From the NCBI GenBank assembly GCA_964276515.1, contig OZ193909.1, forward strand, positions 19,096,001 to 19,160,000: DNA of 64,000 bases, given 5' to 3'. The notes below the pieces were generated by a model, which was given only the letters and a program-made list of their open reading frames with translations, was not told where the DNA came from and searched no databases. Shown one piece after another: positions 1 to 11,313 of the stretch. The stretch is from Gordius albopunctatus. Taxonomy: Eukaryota. The first letter of the stretch is position 1. Each line of letters begins with the position of its first letter. The translations under genes were made by a program, and so were the position numbers.

Positions 1-493
1 GACCTTTACGTGTTTGGTAGTTAAGATTCCAAAATAAATAGATTAAGTCTCATCATTAACCTTTTTATACACGCGGCCACCCCCAAATATTTTTTAATTT
101 TTTTGCGGCCACCCATTTTTCCATAATAATTTATATTTTTGTTAAATTATCTATAATTGATTGATTTTCTATTATTGTTTCATTTTATTATATAATAAAC
201 ATAAAACAGAAGCAAATCATATTTTTAGATGGTTACTAACTAAATGCATACAAAATTCCGTCGTTTTGTATTTGCTATGTTTAAAAATGATTGGAAATAA
301 GCAAAAAGATTAAACATTTTGCTAAAATATATGGCATGATTTGTTATCTGATTTAAACTTATAATTTGTTTATTTTTGGCTTTAAAAAAATCATAAAATT
401 GCAGAAAATTTTGCAGCTATGCCGAAAGGGTGTCGCTTAACACCACCTCAATTTAATAACAATAAATTATAGCAATTAATAGACATAAAATAG

Positions 494-2016
494 CCCTCCA
501 TCGTACCTATAGAAATTACTCTCCCAGAATGACTTATGGGGTCTAATAGACCCCAATCTTAAAATGATCGTAGCTTTGATACCATTAAAGAAAAAGTTCT
601 CTAATTTTAAATATAAGTTTATTAAAGCCTCTTGTAGGTTTGTAGAAAAAAAAATTTGGATTATAAATATTAATTTAAAAATTATATGCAATTTACTAAA
701 CATGAAGAAAATTCATAAAATATAAAGTGACATGTTTTATTTTTGTCACAGATTCTAAACAATTTGTCAAAAATATAAAAAGTAAATGTTTTTTATTAAA
801 AGAAGGTTTAAAAAATATAAAAAACATAATTTCACGATAAAATGATTATACAGAAAAAAAATAGAAGACTTTAAAAATAGGTGTTTTATTTTTCGTTTTT
901 TCACTGCATTTTTCACACAACATTACAATGTGACTAGAACAGAGCGGGTTTTGACAAGAATTGCACACAAATCTTGTTTTTACATCTCGGTTGCGGGGGC
1001 AACTGGAACATCTTCGTTTTTTATCAGATCTTGGTTCGGGATTCTCTTCAACGTTCGTTGTACAATCGTTTAATGAATTCCCTTGTATCTTTATGGAGCT
1101 GTTTGTTATTCAACCTGTTTACCATATGTATTTTGGAGAGTTCTCTGGTCAACATTTTTATAAATTTTTGCCTTGACATGCGAATTTGATGGTTAAACTG
1201 ATAAAATAGCATAGAATTTATGGTTCCGATATTTAGTAAGGTGGAAAAAACAGTAAGGGGCCAGCGATTGGACACCCTTGCAACATTATAGGATGCACAA
1301 AGTTGATCCACTATATCAACTCCCCCTTTAGTCATGTTGTAAAAGGTGATTATTTCTGGTTTTTGAGCAGTCCCAGATTCTGGGTCAATTTTTTGGTCAT
1401 AATGGAGAGATATTTGATTTTTTATACCATATAAATATTTGGTTTTAGCCAATTCTGCATTTATTGTTTCTGGGCCTTCATCTAAATCACTTTCAATATC
1501 ACTCTCAATTAAATCATCTTCTTCACTTGATGATAACACAAAGTCATCTAACTAATTGTAACATTATAATTTTATTATTACCATCTGAGTCAGAACAGGA
1601 ACTAGAAGATTTTAAACAATCGTATATTGCCCATTTCATAACAGCTGATTACAAAAATTACTAAAAATAGCTCCACATGAACATGAATAATTGTCAATAA
1701 TTAATAATTTGTGTAGCGATATTCATTTCAAATGTTATATACATGTTTAAATTACTATTTTTAAGTAAAAAAATGAAAATTTTTTTTTGGCCAAAACAAA
1801 AAAACTTTCTTAACTTCCCTTATGGGGTCTATTGGACCCCAAACGCTTATATCTCAAAAAGTATTGGAGTAAATCGAATGAAATTTTCAGGTAATGTAGC
1901 TTTTGTATATTTAGAAAAACTCTAAAAAAACCAGATCTCTAAATCTTAAACTGTTTAAGTGGTGTTAAATTATAACTTTCGTGGGGTCTGTCAGACCCCA
2001 TAGGTACGATGGAGGG
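494..2016 (-). mobile_element. Internally deleted piggyBac DNA transposon
   Basis: 17-bp TIRs CCCTCCATCGTACCTAT (494-510 and inverse 2000-2016). Palindromic sub-terminal motifs GGGGTC-N-GACCCC at ~538, ~1824 and ~1983. Flanks are ATAG/ATAA rather than TTAA. Contains a transposase remnant. Confidence 0.9.
900..1539 (-). pseudogene. piggyBac transposase remnant (acidic N-terminus fused to C-terminal catalytic part and Cys-rich domain)
   Basis: ORF 1048-1539 has KPEIITFYNMTKGGVDIVDQL...RWPL. Beyond its stop, 900-1019 reads KRRCSSCPRNRDVKTRFVCNSCQNPLCSSHIVMLCEKC, the piggyBac CRD. The central DDD core is missing. Confidence 0.9.
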
Positions 2017-2385
2017 ATAAATTAAGTAAATTATAAAGGGTGAGGGGCATGTGTCGTGTTTCTTTTCATTCTCCAATCAAATATCCAAGTGTAACAGATT
2101 TAGATACGATACGGGGTTTATAGTGCGCTATTTATATGCCAAAGTTAAACTACATTTTATTACCCTACCTCTATCTTACCCTCTTATCAGCCCACCGCTG
2201 ACTTGGTATTACTGATATTCCCCCCACTATCTTGTATTGTGATCTACTAAACATCAACAATTTAGAAATAAAAATAAGTCAGTGCCACCTAGAGCCGTGC
2301 AAAATAAAATTTCTTCTGCCCGAAGCCGGCCCGAGCCCGACTTCTCAAATTTTATTTTGTCCGAGCCCGGCCCAAGACCGAAAGA

Positions 2386-3516
2386 CTTTTTATTTATTTT
2401 TTTTTATTATTAAAAAGTTTATTTGTTAAAAATCCGTCGACAGTAATATAATATAAATACATAAAATATAAAAGACAAAATGCGTCAAATAAAATAATAC
2501 ACTATTCTAATATATCATCATCGAGGGGATCTTCCAAAATTGGCCAAGAATCCGCGAACGATTTAAAATTGTACTTGGCTATAAGAATACCAAGTCGTTG
2601 TTTAAGTAAAAAGGATACCGAATGTTTAGACGGGGGAGAACGTCTTCCTACCTCTTTAAAAAAGGCTAAGGCCTGTTTGCCAAAGGTGCCTGAACACGAA
2701 GCAACCAATGGAATAAAAATGTTTGAGGATAATAGGGCCTTGTATTTATTAGTTTTCCGCCCCTCTGCGACAGCTAAAGAATCATTGTTGTAGTCATAGG
2801 GGGCAAATAGGTCAATACACGTGAAGTCCCATTTAAGGTGAAGACCATTGCTCCATGGGACTAAAGAAGATCCATCAGGACGCATACGTCCCTCCAAGGA
2901 GGGGTCCGATGGCTCCAAGATGGATGGGATATTTGCTCTCTTCAATGCACTTTGAATTAAGGTATTGGCCTTATTGTGTCTAACATATTTAAATTTGTTT
3001 GCCAGGCAGTGTAAGGGATGCCTGGCTTGTTCGTCTACGAGTATGCTGCAATTTCGGGAAATAAATGGCTTCGAAAATTTCACCCCTAGCCTGAGAGCTA
3101 TGGAGTACGAAAGTTCCGAGTCCTCCAGCATCATCCCGGTGAGACAGCTTGGGTAGACCTCTAGCCATTCGTAACCTGAGCCATCAAACAAAAACGACCT
3201 TAAATTAGAACACTGACTTGCATCGCTACTCGAAATTAGATAATCAACGGAGCGCAACACAAGTCCGACATCCCAATCTTTTTGTTGTGAGGTTTGTGGC
3301 AAAGGTGTTCCGGGATTGGTATTGTTTTCCCAAATAGCTAAAGCAATGGGTAAAAGCGGGTCTTCTTTAACAGGATACAACTTAAAAATGGTATCTTGTA
3401 CCGATTTGTAAGATGAAATAAACGAGACTAGAGATATTGCGGCAGGTGAGCGAATCCCTAAACCACCCGATTTGGTTGGTAGGGAAGCTTGTAACCAGCT
3501 ATGAGTATTGTATTTT
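2386..3516 (-). mobile_element. 5'-truncated CRE-clade non-LTR retrotransposon (C-terminal zinc knuckle and RLE endonuclease)
   Basis: ORF 2502-3380 (QKDWD...RHPLHC...RH...EP...RPDG...WDFT...EGRKTNKY) aligns by eye with the C-terminus of ORF 8792-11194. Upstream, WLQASLPTKSGGLGIR continues to ~3516. AATAAA plus an A-rich tail lies at ~2386-2425 on the minus strand. Confidence 0.9.
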
Positions 3517-3641
3517 TGGCCCGACCCGAATTTTCAAATGAAATTTTTTAAAAATTTTATTTTTCATAACTATTTCACCATCTAAATATAAACTGCATTA
3601 GATTGTTAATTGCTATGCAATTTATGGGCTCGTTTTTGGTT

Positions 3642-3680
3642 GTCCGTCCGTCCGTCCGTCCGTCCGTCCGTCCGTCCGTC
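3642..3680 (+). repeat. (GTCC)n microsatellite
   Basis: About 10 tandem GTCC units just inside the 5' end of the HINE-like element. Confidence 0.95.
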
Positions 3681-4639
3681 TACCAAGTTATTTACACCAG
3701 CTTCCCGACCTGGAGGTTGCGGGTTCGAGACCCTGAGGACAAAAATTTTTTTTTTTTTTTAAATTAAATTAATATTTTTTTCTTGTTAATACCATTGATA
3801 ATATGACTTTTTGACCGTCCGCAGGCTACTGACCAATGAAAAAATGACCACTGGCCAGATAAATCGAAATTTTTAATTTTTCGTTTTTGAATAGTTTAAC
3901 ATTGATAATTACCCTATGCCGTCCCCTACAAGGGCCTATGGCTCTATTTATATGGTTCCCTGTTCCCCTCTAAAGGCTTATGCCTCTATTTAATGTGGGT
4001 TTGAATCCCGGCCAACGTTCTAAATTGATGGTTCGAGACCCGGAGAGGACAAAAATTTTTATTTTTTTTTAAATTAAATTAATATATTGTTCTTGTTAAT
4101 ACCATTGATAATATGAATTTTTGACCGTCCGCAGGCTACTGACCAATGAAAAAATGACCACTTGCCAGATAAATCGAAATTTTTAATTTTTCGTTTTTGA
4201 ATAGTTTAACATTGATAATTACCCTATGCCCTCCCCTACAAGGGCCTATGGCTCTATTTATATGGTTCCCTGTTCCCCTCCAAAGGCTTATGCCTCTATT
4301 TAATGTGGGTTCGAATCCCGGAGAGGGCAAAATTTTTATTTTTTTAATTAATTTAATATTTTGTTCTTGTTAATACCATTGATAATATGACTTTTTGACC
4401 GTCCGCTGGCTACTGACCAATGAAAAAATGAACATTGGCCAAATAAATCCTAATTTTTCGTTTTTCCTTTTTGAATAAGTTAACATTGATAATTGAAAAA
4501 AATTACCATTGGCCAAATAAATCGAAATTTTTTGTTCGTTTTTGAATAGGTTAACATTGATAATTACCCTATACTTTTTAATAATTGCTATGCAATTTAT
4601 CTAGTTTTTGGGTTAGAATCCCGGAGTTTTTTTTGACTC

Positions 4640-5760
4640 TTATGATTGTTCTTGTTACTATCAATGATAATAAGACTTTTTGGCCGTCCGCTGGCTGTTG
4701 ACCAATGAAAAAAATGACCATTGGCCAAAATGTGTATCCGAGTTTATTTTTTCGTTTTTTTTGAATATTATGATTGTTCCTGTTCCTACCATTGCTATTA
4801 TGACTTTTTGGCCGTCCGCTGGCTGCTGACCAATGGAATAAAATGACCATTGGCCAAAATGTGATTCGAAAATTTTTTTTTCGTTTTTTTTTGACTGTTA
4901 TGAATTTATATCCACTTTTACCGTGTCCTGGCTGCTGACCAATGGAAAAAAATGACCATTGGCCAAAATGTGAATCGAAATTATTTTTTCCGTTTTTTTT
5001 ACTATTATGATTGTTCCTGTTCCTACCATTGCTATTATGACTTTTTGGCCGTCCGCTGGCTGCTGACCAATGGAATAAAATGACCATTGGCCAAAATGTG
5101 ATTCGAAAACTTATTTTTCGTTTTTTTTTGACTGTTATGAATTTATATCCACTTTTACCGTGTCCTGGCTGCTGACCAATGGAAAAAAATGACCATTGGC
5201 CAAAATGTGTATCCGAGTTTATTTTTTCGTTTTTTTTGAATATTATGATTGTTCCTGTTCCTACGATTGCTATTATGACTTTTTGGCCGTCCGCTGGCTG
5301 CTGACCAATGGAATAAAATGACCATTGGCCAAAATGTGATTCGAAAACTTATTTTTCGTTTTTTTTTGACTGTTATGAATTTATATCCACTTTTACCGTG
5401 TCCTGGCTGCTGACCAATGGAAAAAAATGACCATTGGCCAAAATGTGAATCGAAATTATTTTTTCCGTTTTTTTTACTATTATGATTGTTCCTGTTCCTA
5501 CCATTGCTATTATGACTTTTTGGCCGTCCGCTGGCTGCTGACCAATGGAATAAAATGACCATTGGCCAAAATGTGATTCGAAAACTTATTTTTCGTTTTT
5601 TTTTGACTGTTATGAATTTATATCCACTTTTACCGTGTCCTGGCTGCTGACCAATGGAAAAAAATGACCTTTGGCCAAAATGTGATTCGAAAATTTTTTT
5701 TTCGTTTTTTTTGACTATTATGATTGTTCCTGTTCCTACCATTGCTATTATGACTTTTTG
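4640..5760 (+). repeat. Tandem array of ~119-bp monomers with ~237-bp and ~475-bp higher-order periodicity
   Basis: GCCGTCCGCTGG recurs at 4811, 5048, 5286 and 5523. Variant TGTGTATCCGAG recurs ~475 bp apart (~4731, ~5206). Every monomer contains TGACCAATG...ATGACC(A/T)TTGGCCA. Confidence 0.95.
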
Positions 5761-6533
5761 GTAATACAACTCCCGTAGAATTTAACTAACCATAAAGCTT
5801 CCCCTTCGCTCCCTCTCTCCCCCTTTATGATATTTGGCATATACACTTATTTAGTGCTTCCAACCTTCGTTTTGCAATATTCACGTAAGTATTTCCATAA
5901 ATTGCATAGCAAATATGATACATTTATACGGAGTGTAGATGAGTTCCCCCTTCCTTCCCCTCCTCCCCTTCCCCCTTCCCACGAGGGCCGAAGGCCCGAG
6001 TTTTATTAATCTCAATTTACAAGGATAAGCTTGTAAGAAATCCATTTTCAATAAATTAATTCAGCTAAACTTTATAAAATATATTTTTAACAGTTTCAAA
6101 TAAAAAAACTGCATGAAATATATACCTATCTTATTTCCAAAGTTCTAACAGCTACTATAAATCTATTTAAATACTAGAATAAAATAGGCAATTCAGGTCA
6201 GTTAAATTATAATAGACAGGTGAAAAAGATGATTTGGAAGCTATATTATGTGCGAAGATAATTATTTAATATCGAGTTGAGTTTATTTAAATCATGTTTT
6301 ATAAAGATTAATTTGCTTTAGTTCAATTCGGGTCGGCCTCAGGTCGGGCCCCCTCATCAGGCCCCATCCGAGCCCGAGACCCGAATTTTATCAAAATATG
6401 CCCAAGCCCGGCCCGAACGCGGCCCGTGCAGAGCTCTAAATATACATGAACATGATAAGATAATTAACTTAATTATTCATTATGAAATCGAATAAAAAAG
6501 AAATGATTTAAGCTCCAATATGAATTGAATATT

Positions 6534-6764
6534 AAAAACTCGGGCCTTCGGCCCTCGTGGGAAGGGGGAGGGGGAAAGGGGAGGAGGGGAAGGGAAGGGG
6601 CATCGACTCATCCAATATTTAAAAAGTCAAATGGTATTAACAAGAACTATATATTAATTTAATTAAAAAAATATAAAAAAATTTACCCTCTCCGGGTATC
6701 GAACCAGCAATTAAGAACGTTGGACGGACGGACAACAAAAAGCGAGCCCATAAATTAAATAGCA
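6534..6764 (-). mobile_element. Short HINE-like copy
   Basis: Reverse complement of the 3' hairpin end (AAAACTCGGGCCTTCGGCCC), GGAC repeats and a degenerate 5' sub-TIR at ~6748-6764. Confidence 0.75.
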
Positions 6765-6800
6765 CTCGTGCATTTTAGAATTATAGTTTATGAGATAATT

Positions 6801-7127
6801 AATGTTGTAAAAACGGCTAGGGATTTTGTTTGGTCGACCTTTGGTTTTGGTCGATTAAACATAAACAGACAAAAGGTGGTTTGACCAAAAACTCTTTGGC
6901 CTGCCTGCTGTTTATGTGACTAAGGAATTAAAGAGGACAATAATAATTTAGGGAAGGGCAAAATGATCATTTTTTGACATTTTAGTAAACTTTAAAAAAG
7001 GATTGGATTTAGAGGGGGGCAGCCGCCCCTCCCCTTGGCTAGGCCTATAAAAACAGCTAATCTGTTTAAGTTTAGTCGACAAATAGGAAAGGTCGACCAA
7101 ATAAAATCCAGCCGTTTTTACAACATA
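6801..7127. mobile_element. MITE (TGTTGTAAAAACGGCT...GGTCGACC family)
   Basis: Inverted ends TGTTGTAAAAACGGCT...TTGGTCGACC and GGTCGACCAA...AGCCGTTTTTACAACA. Relatives at ~15510-15641 and 45216-45401. Confidence 0.7.
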
Positions 7128-7525
7128 ATATATAAGACATTGTCAAAATACTATGATTTTATTTAATGCTTCTTCATATTCTATATATTTGTGTATGTTT
7201 AGTAGTTTAGTATTAATTCAACAACTATTTTTCCAGTTCTTAGATAATAAAAAATAGTAACATTTTATACTTTTTTATTAAAAAAATCTTTATAGCATGT
7301 AAATTCACGCGATGCTTGAAATATATGAGACAAAGTAAAATGATCCAAAAACATTTTATTAACCATTAATTAAACTCCCCCCTTTATAATATAGGCGCAG
7401 TAGAGTAAACCCCACAATTAATCGATACTGCATATACCGAGGGTATGCCTCATTATTTCGGGTCACAAATTGCCGATTCATGGCAATCCTAAACTCCACC
7501 ACTACTCCACGACTATAATAAAATT

Positions 7526-8330
7526 AAAATAGGGCCTTTGGCCCTCGTGGGAAGGGGGAGGGGGAAGGGAAGGGGGAACTCTTCTATACTCTGCATAAAA
7601 GTAGCATATTTGCTATGCAATTTATGGGCGAGAAAGGTGGGGAGGGGCGAGATTGCCTATAGGGGGGTATTAAATGCAAAATAATTGGACTGACGGGCAT
7701 AGGGTAAATATCAATGTTAACTAATTCCGAAGCGAAAAAAAATCAAAATTTCAAATCACAATTTGGCCAATGGTCATTTTTCCCATTGGTCAGTAGCCAG
7801 GACACGGTTAAAAAGTCGTATTATCAAAGATATTAACAAGAACAATATATTAATTTAATTTAAAAAAAAATAAAGATTTTGCCCTGTCCGGGATTCGAAC
7901 CCACATTAGTAAAGGCATAGGCTTTTGTAGGGACACAGGGACCCACATTAGTAAACGCATAGGCTTTTGTAGGGCCACAGAGACCCATATCAGTAGAGAC
8001 GTAGGCCCTTGTAGGAAAGGGCATAAGGTAATTATCAATGTTAACCTTATATACCCAATTAAAAAACGAAAAAATAAAATTTCGATTTATTTGGCCAATG
8101 GTCATTTTTTTGATTGGTCAGTAGCCAGCGGACGGTCAAAGATTCATATTATCAATGGTATTAACAAGAACAAAGTATAAATTTAATAAAAAAAATTCAA
8201 AAAAATTCGTCCTCTCCTGGTCTTGAACCCGAACCTCCAGGTCGGGAAGCTGGTGTAAATAAACTGGAGGGTAACAGACGGACGGACAACGGACACCAAA
8301 AAACAAGCCCATAAATTGCATAGCAATTAA
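7526..8330 (-). mobile_element. HINE-like copy, nested in an outer copy whose 5' end is at 11568
   Basis: 3' hairpin at ~7532-7544, sub-TIRs at ~7610-7627 and ~8309-8326, GGAC repeats and the same monomers as 3780-4560. Confidence 0.8.
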
Positions 8331-8548
8331 TTTATATTAATTTAATTTATAAAAAAAAAAAATTTTGCCCTCTCCGGGTATCGAGCCATGGGGTAATTAG
8401 AAATGTTAACCAATTCAAAAACGAAAAAAAATTTCGAATCACATTTTGGCCAATGGTAATTTTTTTCATTGGTAAGTAGCTAGGGCACCGTCAAAAAATC
8501 ATATTATCAATGGTATTAAGTATTAACAAGGACAATATATTAATTTGA

Positions 8549-11262
8549 TTTACGCCTGACTCATCTTGGAGCAATTCTTTTTTAACAAACCCATTTCCTA
8601 ATACTATCTCCAGAATCCCAAGAGGAGCCAGACCTTCCATCCAACAATCTCTGCTAAATATATTCACTTCCATTATCAAAAACCCATATAACTTAACCAA
8701 TTGGGACAAACTTTTTAAATTCCCATATTATATCCTTTATGTTAGGGAACCTAATGAACATAATTTATCAAGCCTCATCAAGGAATCCCTTTTGTGTTTT
8801 AATACTGATGTTCCCATTACATGCACAAGTAAAACAAAACCCTTTCTACTGGAACCCACAATTAACCAAACAGCCAAGCACATTTCAAATAAAATCCATA
8901 ATTTCAATCCAAAAAGTGCCCTTAGAGCTTTTTATGATAACAACTCAATTGCCCCTTGTTGCCCTGACTCTTATAGGGAGCTTAATCAAAAACACCCAGC
9001 AGCATCATCAGCCAGTAAATACCCCACATCTCCATCATCAATAGTGCTCGAGTCTTCAGACATCCGTGAAGCCCTTAACTCCTTTCCTTTGGACTCCGCA
9101 GCCGGACTCGACGGATGGCGCCCAGTATATCTACAAGATTTACTCAACCTGAATAATTTAAATACTGAACCTCTTTTAAATTCTATTACTTCCTTTTGTA
9201 ATATCATTGTTAACGGGAAATTTCCTCATGAAATCATCCCTATTTTATTCGGTGCAAAACTTATCGCCATCAAAAAACCGGATAATTCAGTTAGACCCAT
9301 CGCCATTGGAAGTCTTTTTCGCCGTATTATATCAAAAACCCTCTGCAAACTCATAAAACCCTCCTTATCCGCCAAGCTCCGCCCTCATCAACTCGGCTTC
9401 GGAATTAAAGGCGGATGTGAGGCAGCCAGCCATGCTGGCCGGATCACACTCCAAAATATTCCCACCGAGTCCTGCTTTGTTAAATTAGATTTTGCCAATG
9501 CTTTTAACTGCATTCGAAGAGAAACCCTTATTAACACTTTTTTAGCTGAATTCCCACAATTCGTAAATTACATTTTATTAAGCTATGGTTCTACAACCAA
9601 GCTTCGATTCGGCGAATACGTCATTGACTCGTCCGAAGGCATCCAACAAGGAGACCCATTAGGTCCTCCTTTGTTTTGTTTAGCCATTCATAATTTAGTC
9701 GAGGCTATATCATCTCAGTGTATTCTGGATTTAAATGTTTGGTATCTCGACGACGCCACCCTATGTGGCCGCCCGGAGGAGATCAGTAAAGCTATACAAA
9801 TTATCAACAATTTTAAACCCACTCTGAATCTTACATTAAACTGGAAAAAATGTGAAATCTTTCAGGCCCCCAACACTATTGACTTTCCAATTTTTAAACC
9901 TTTTTTAGTTTTAGAGAAGGAAAACATATCCCTTTTGGGATCACCCATTGGCGGTGAAAAATCTCTCCTAAATTTTCTTCATAAGAACCTTGAAATTTTA
10001 AAATCTAAAACGGAACTTTTAAAATGCTTGCCAGCGCATCACTCATTTTACATAATCAAAAACTATTTTAACATCTCAAAGATTAATCATTGTTTTCGCT
10101 CATCTGGCGCATTTTTACACCTAGACGTTTTAAAGTCGTACGAAGGCTTTTTAAAAACGTTATTAGAAAAAATTTTAAATTTAAAATTTAATACTAACAA
10201 TTGGATTCAAGCATCCCTCCCAACCAAATCTGGAGGATTAGGAATTCGCCCTCCCGGCAGCATATCGCTAGCCGCTTTTATTTCCTCTTTTAAGTCGGTC
10301 CAAAACTTAATTTTTAATCTCATAAAACATGATTCCGACCCCCTGCTAACTCAAGCCTTGGAGCTTTGGAATTTGAATGTCACACCCGAGACCATCCAAC
10401 CTCAAAGTACGAGACAAAAGGATTGGGATTCTGGACTAGTATCGCGCTCCGTTGATTACCTCTTATCGAGCAGCGATGATAGCCAGCATTACAACCTTAG
10501 GTCCCTCGCTTTTGACGGTTCCGGTCACGAGTGGCTTGAAGCCTATCCCAGCAAACTTTTGGGAATGCTGCTTGAAGACTTTGAGCTATCATATTCCATA
10601 GCTTTAAGGTTGGGGATTAGTTACAGCAGAGAATTCAACTGTCAAAACTGCCTTACCGTTGTAGACGAATATGCTAGGCACCCTCTACACTGCCTAGCAA
10701 ACAAATATAAATACGTTAGGCACACTAAAGCTAATTTATTAATTCAAGCTGCCCTTAAAAAGGCCAAAATCCCCTCAATCCTTGAGCCGTCAGATCCCTC
10801 TCTTGAAGGTAGGATGCGCCCTGACGGCTCTTCTCTAGTCCCCTGGCAAAATGGCCTATCCCTCAAATGGGATTTTACTTGTATTGACCTTTTTGCACCT
10901 TCCCATTTTAATTACGACCCTATCGCTACAGAAGAAGGGCGTAAAACTACAAAGTATTCTGCCCTTTTGGCATCCAATATTTTTATCCCTGTCGTTGCCA
11001 CGTGCTCTGGTTCCTTTGGAAAACAGGCAATGGGGTTTTTTAAAGAAATCGGAAAACGCACCCCGAAATCTAAAATTTCTGCGTCCTTTTTACTTAGGCA
11101 ACAACTAGGGATTCTTGTTGCACGATACAACTTTAAATCATTTGCCGACTCATGGCCCATTTTAGAAGAGAATGTTATAAATCTTTGTATTTAACCAATA
11201 TGTCTTTATTTTTGTATTTCGCTTATTAATGTAACTTTGTTTCTTGAAAATAAACTTTTTAA

Positions 11263-11305
<43 letters not shown>
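8549..11305 (+). mobile_element. CRE-clade non-LTR retrotransposon, 5'-truncated, recent
   Basis: Single RT+RLE frame, short 3' UTR with AATAAA (~11249) and a pure 42-nt poly(A) at 11264-11305. HINE-like sequence flanks both sides. Confidence 0.95.
8552..11194 (+). CDS. Reverse transcriptase plus restriction-like endonuclease polyprotein (CRE type), N-terminus truncated
   Basis: The frame is open upstream of the tracked start at 8792, from ~8552 (includes RIPRGAR). RT motifs: RPIAIG, HQLGFG, KLDFANAFN, GIQQGDPLGP, WYLDD. CxxC...H..HC knuckle and RH...EP...RPDG...WDFT...E..K RLE motifs follow. Confidence 0.95.
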   Translation, partial: TPDSSWSNSFLTNPFPNTISRIPRGARPSIQQSLLNIFTSIIKNPYNLTNWDKLFKFPYYILYVREPNEHNLSSLIKESLLCFNTDVPITCTSKTKPFLLEPTINQTAKHISNKIHNFNPKSALRAFYDNNSIAPCCPDSYRELNQKHPAASSASKYPTSPSSIVLESSDIREALNSFPLDSAAGLDGWRPVYLQDLLNLNNLNTEPLLNSITSFCNIIVNGKFPHEIIPILFGAKLIAIKKPDNSVRPIAIGSLFRRIISKTLCKLIKPSLSAKLRPHQLGFGIKGGCEAASHAGRITLQNIPTESCFVKLDFANAFNCIRRETLINTFLAEFPQFVNYILLSYGSTTKLRFGEYVIDSSEGIQQGDPLGPPLFCLAIHNLVEAISSQCILDLNVWYLDDATLCGRPEEISKAIQIINNFKPTLNLTLNWKKCEIFQAPNTIDFPIFKPFLVLEKENISLLGSPIGGEKSLLNFLHKNLEILKSKTELLKCLPAHHSFYIIKNYFNISKINHCFRSSGAFLHLDVLKSYEGFLKTLLEKILNLKFNTNNWIQASLPTKSGGLGIRPPGSISLAAFISSFKSVQNLIFNLIKHDSDPLLTQALELWNLNVTPETIQPQSTRQKDWDSGLVSRSVDYLLSSSDDSQHYNLRSLAFDGSGHEWLEAYPSKLLGMLLEDFELSYSIALRLGISYSREFNCQNCLTVVDEYARHPLHCLANKYKYVRHTKANLLIQAALKKAKIPSILEPSDPSLEGRMRPDGSSLVPWQNGLSLKWDFTCIDLFAPSHFNYDPIATEEGRKTTKYSALLASNIFIPVVATCSGSFGKQAMGFFKEIGKRTPKSKISASFLLRQQLGILVARYNFKSFADSWPILEENVINLCI

Positions 11306-11313
<8 letters not shown>

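Larger units (their letters stand above)
3606..6004 (+). mobile_element. DINE-1/HINE-like (Helentron-type) non-autonomous element, composite with a second 5' end at ~4583
   Basis: 5' sub-TIR TTGCTATGCAATTTATGG (3610-3627), (GTCC)n, central tandem repeats, inverted sub-TIR CCATAAATTGCATAGCAA (5895-5912), and 3' GC hairpin GGGCC-GAA-GGCCC (5985-5997) followed by GAGTTTT. Confidence 0.8.
2290..6438. mobile_element. Putative hAT-like non-autonomous element (CCCGA-rich ends) hosting CRE and HINE insertions
   Basis: Ends TAGAGCCGTGCA (2290) and TGCAGAGCTCTA (6438) are imperfect inverted repeats with GCCCGA/GGCCCG sub-terminal motifs. A similar end occurs at ~11820-11908. No TSD found. Confidence 0.45.

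Noticed and set aside
4280..4330. tRNA gene
   Set aside because: Only a T-loop/B-box-like motif is present. I could not fold a cloverleaf, and it is part of a repeat.
4578..5769. Repetitive ORFs of 169 and 204 aa (and similar ORFs at 19204 and 25092)
   Set aside because: They are translations of the HINE tandem monomers, with no domain signal.
7300..7520. Possible exon on the minus strand (RGVVVEFRIAMNRQF...)
   Set aside because: No recognisable homology and no linked exons could be assembled.
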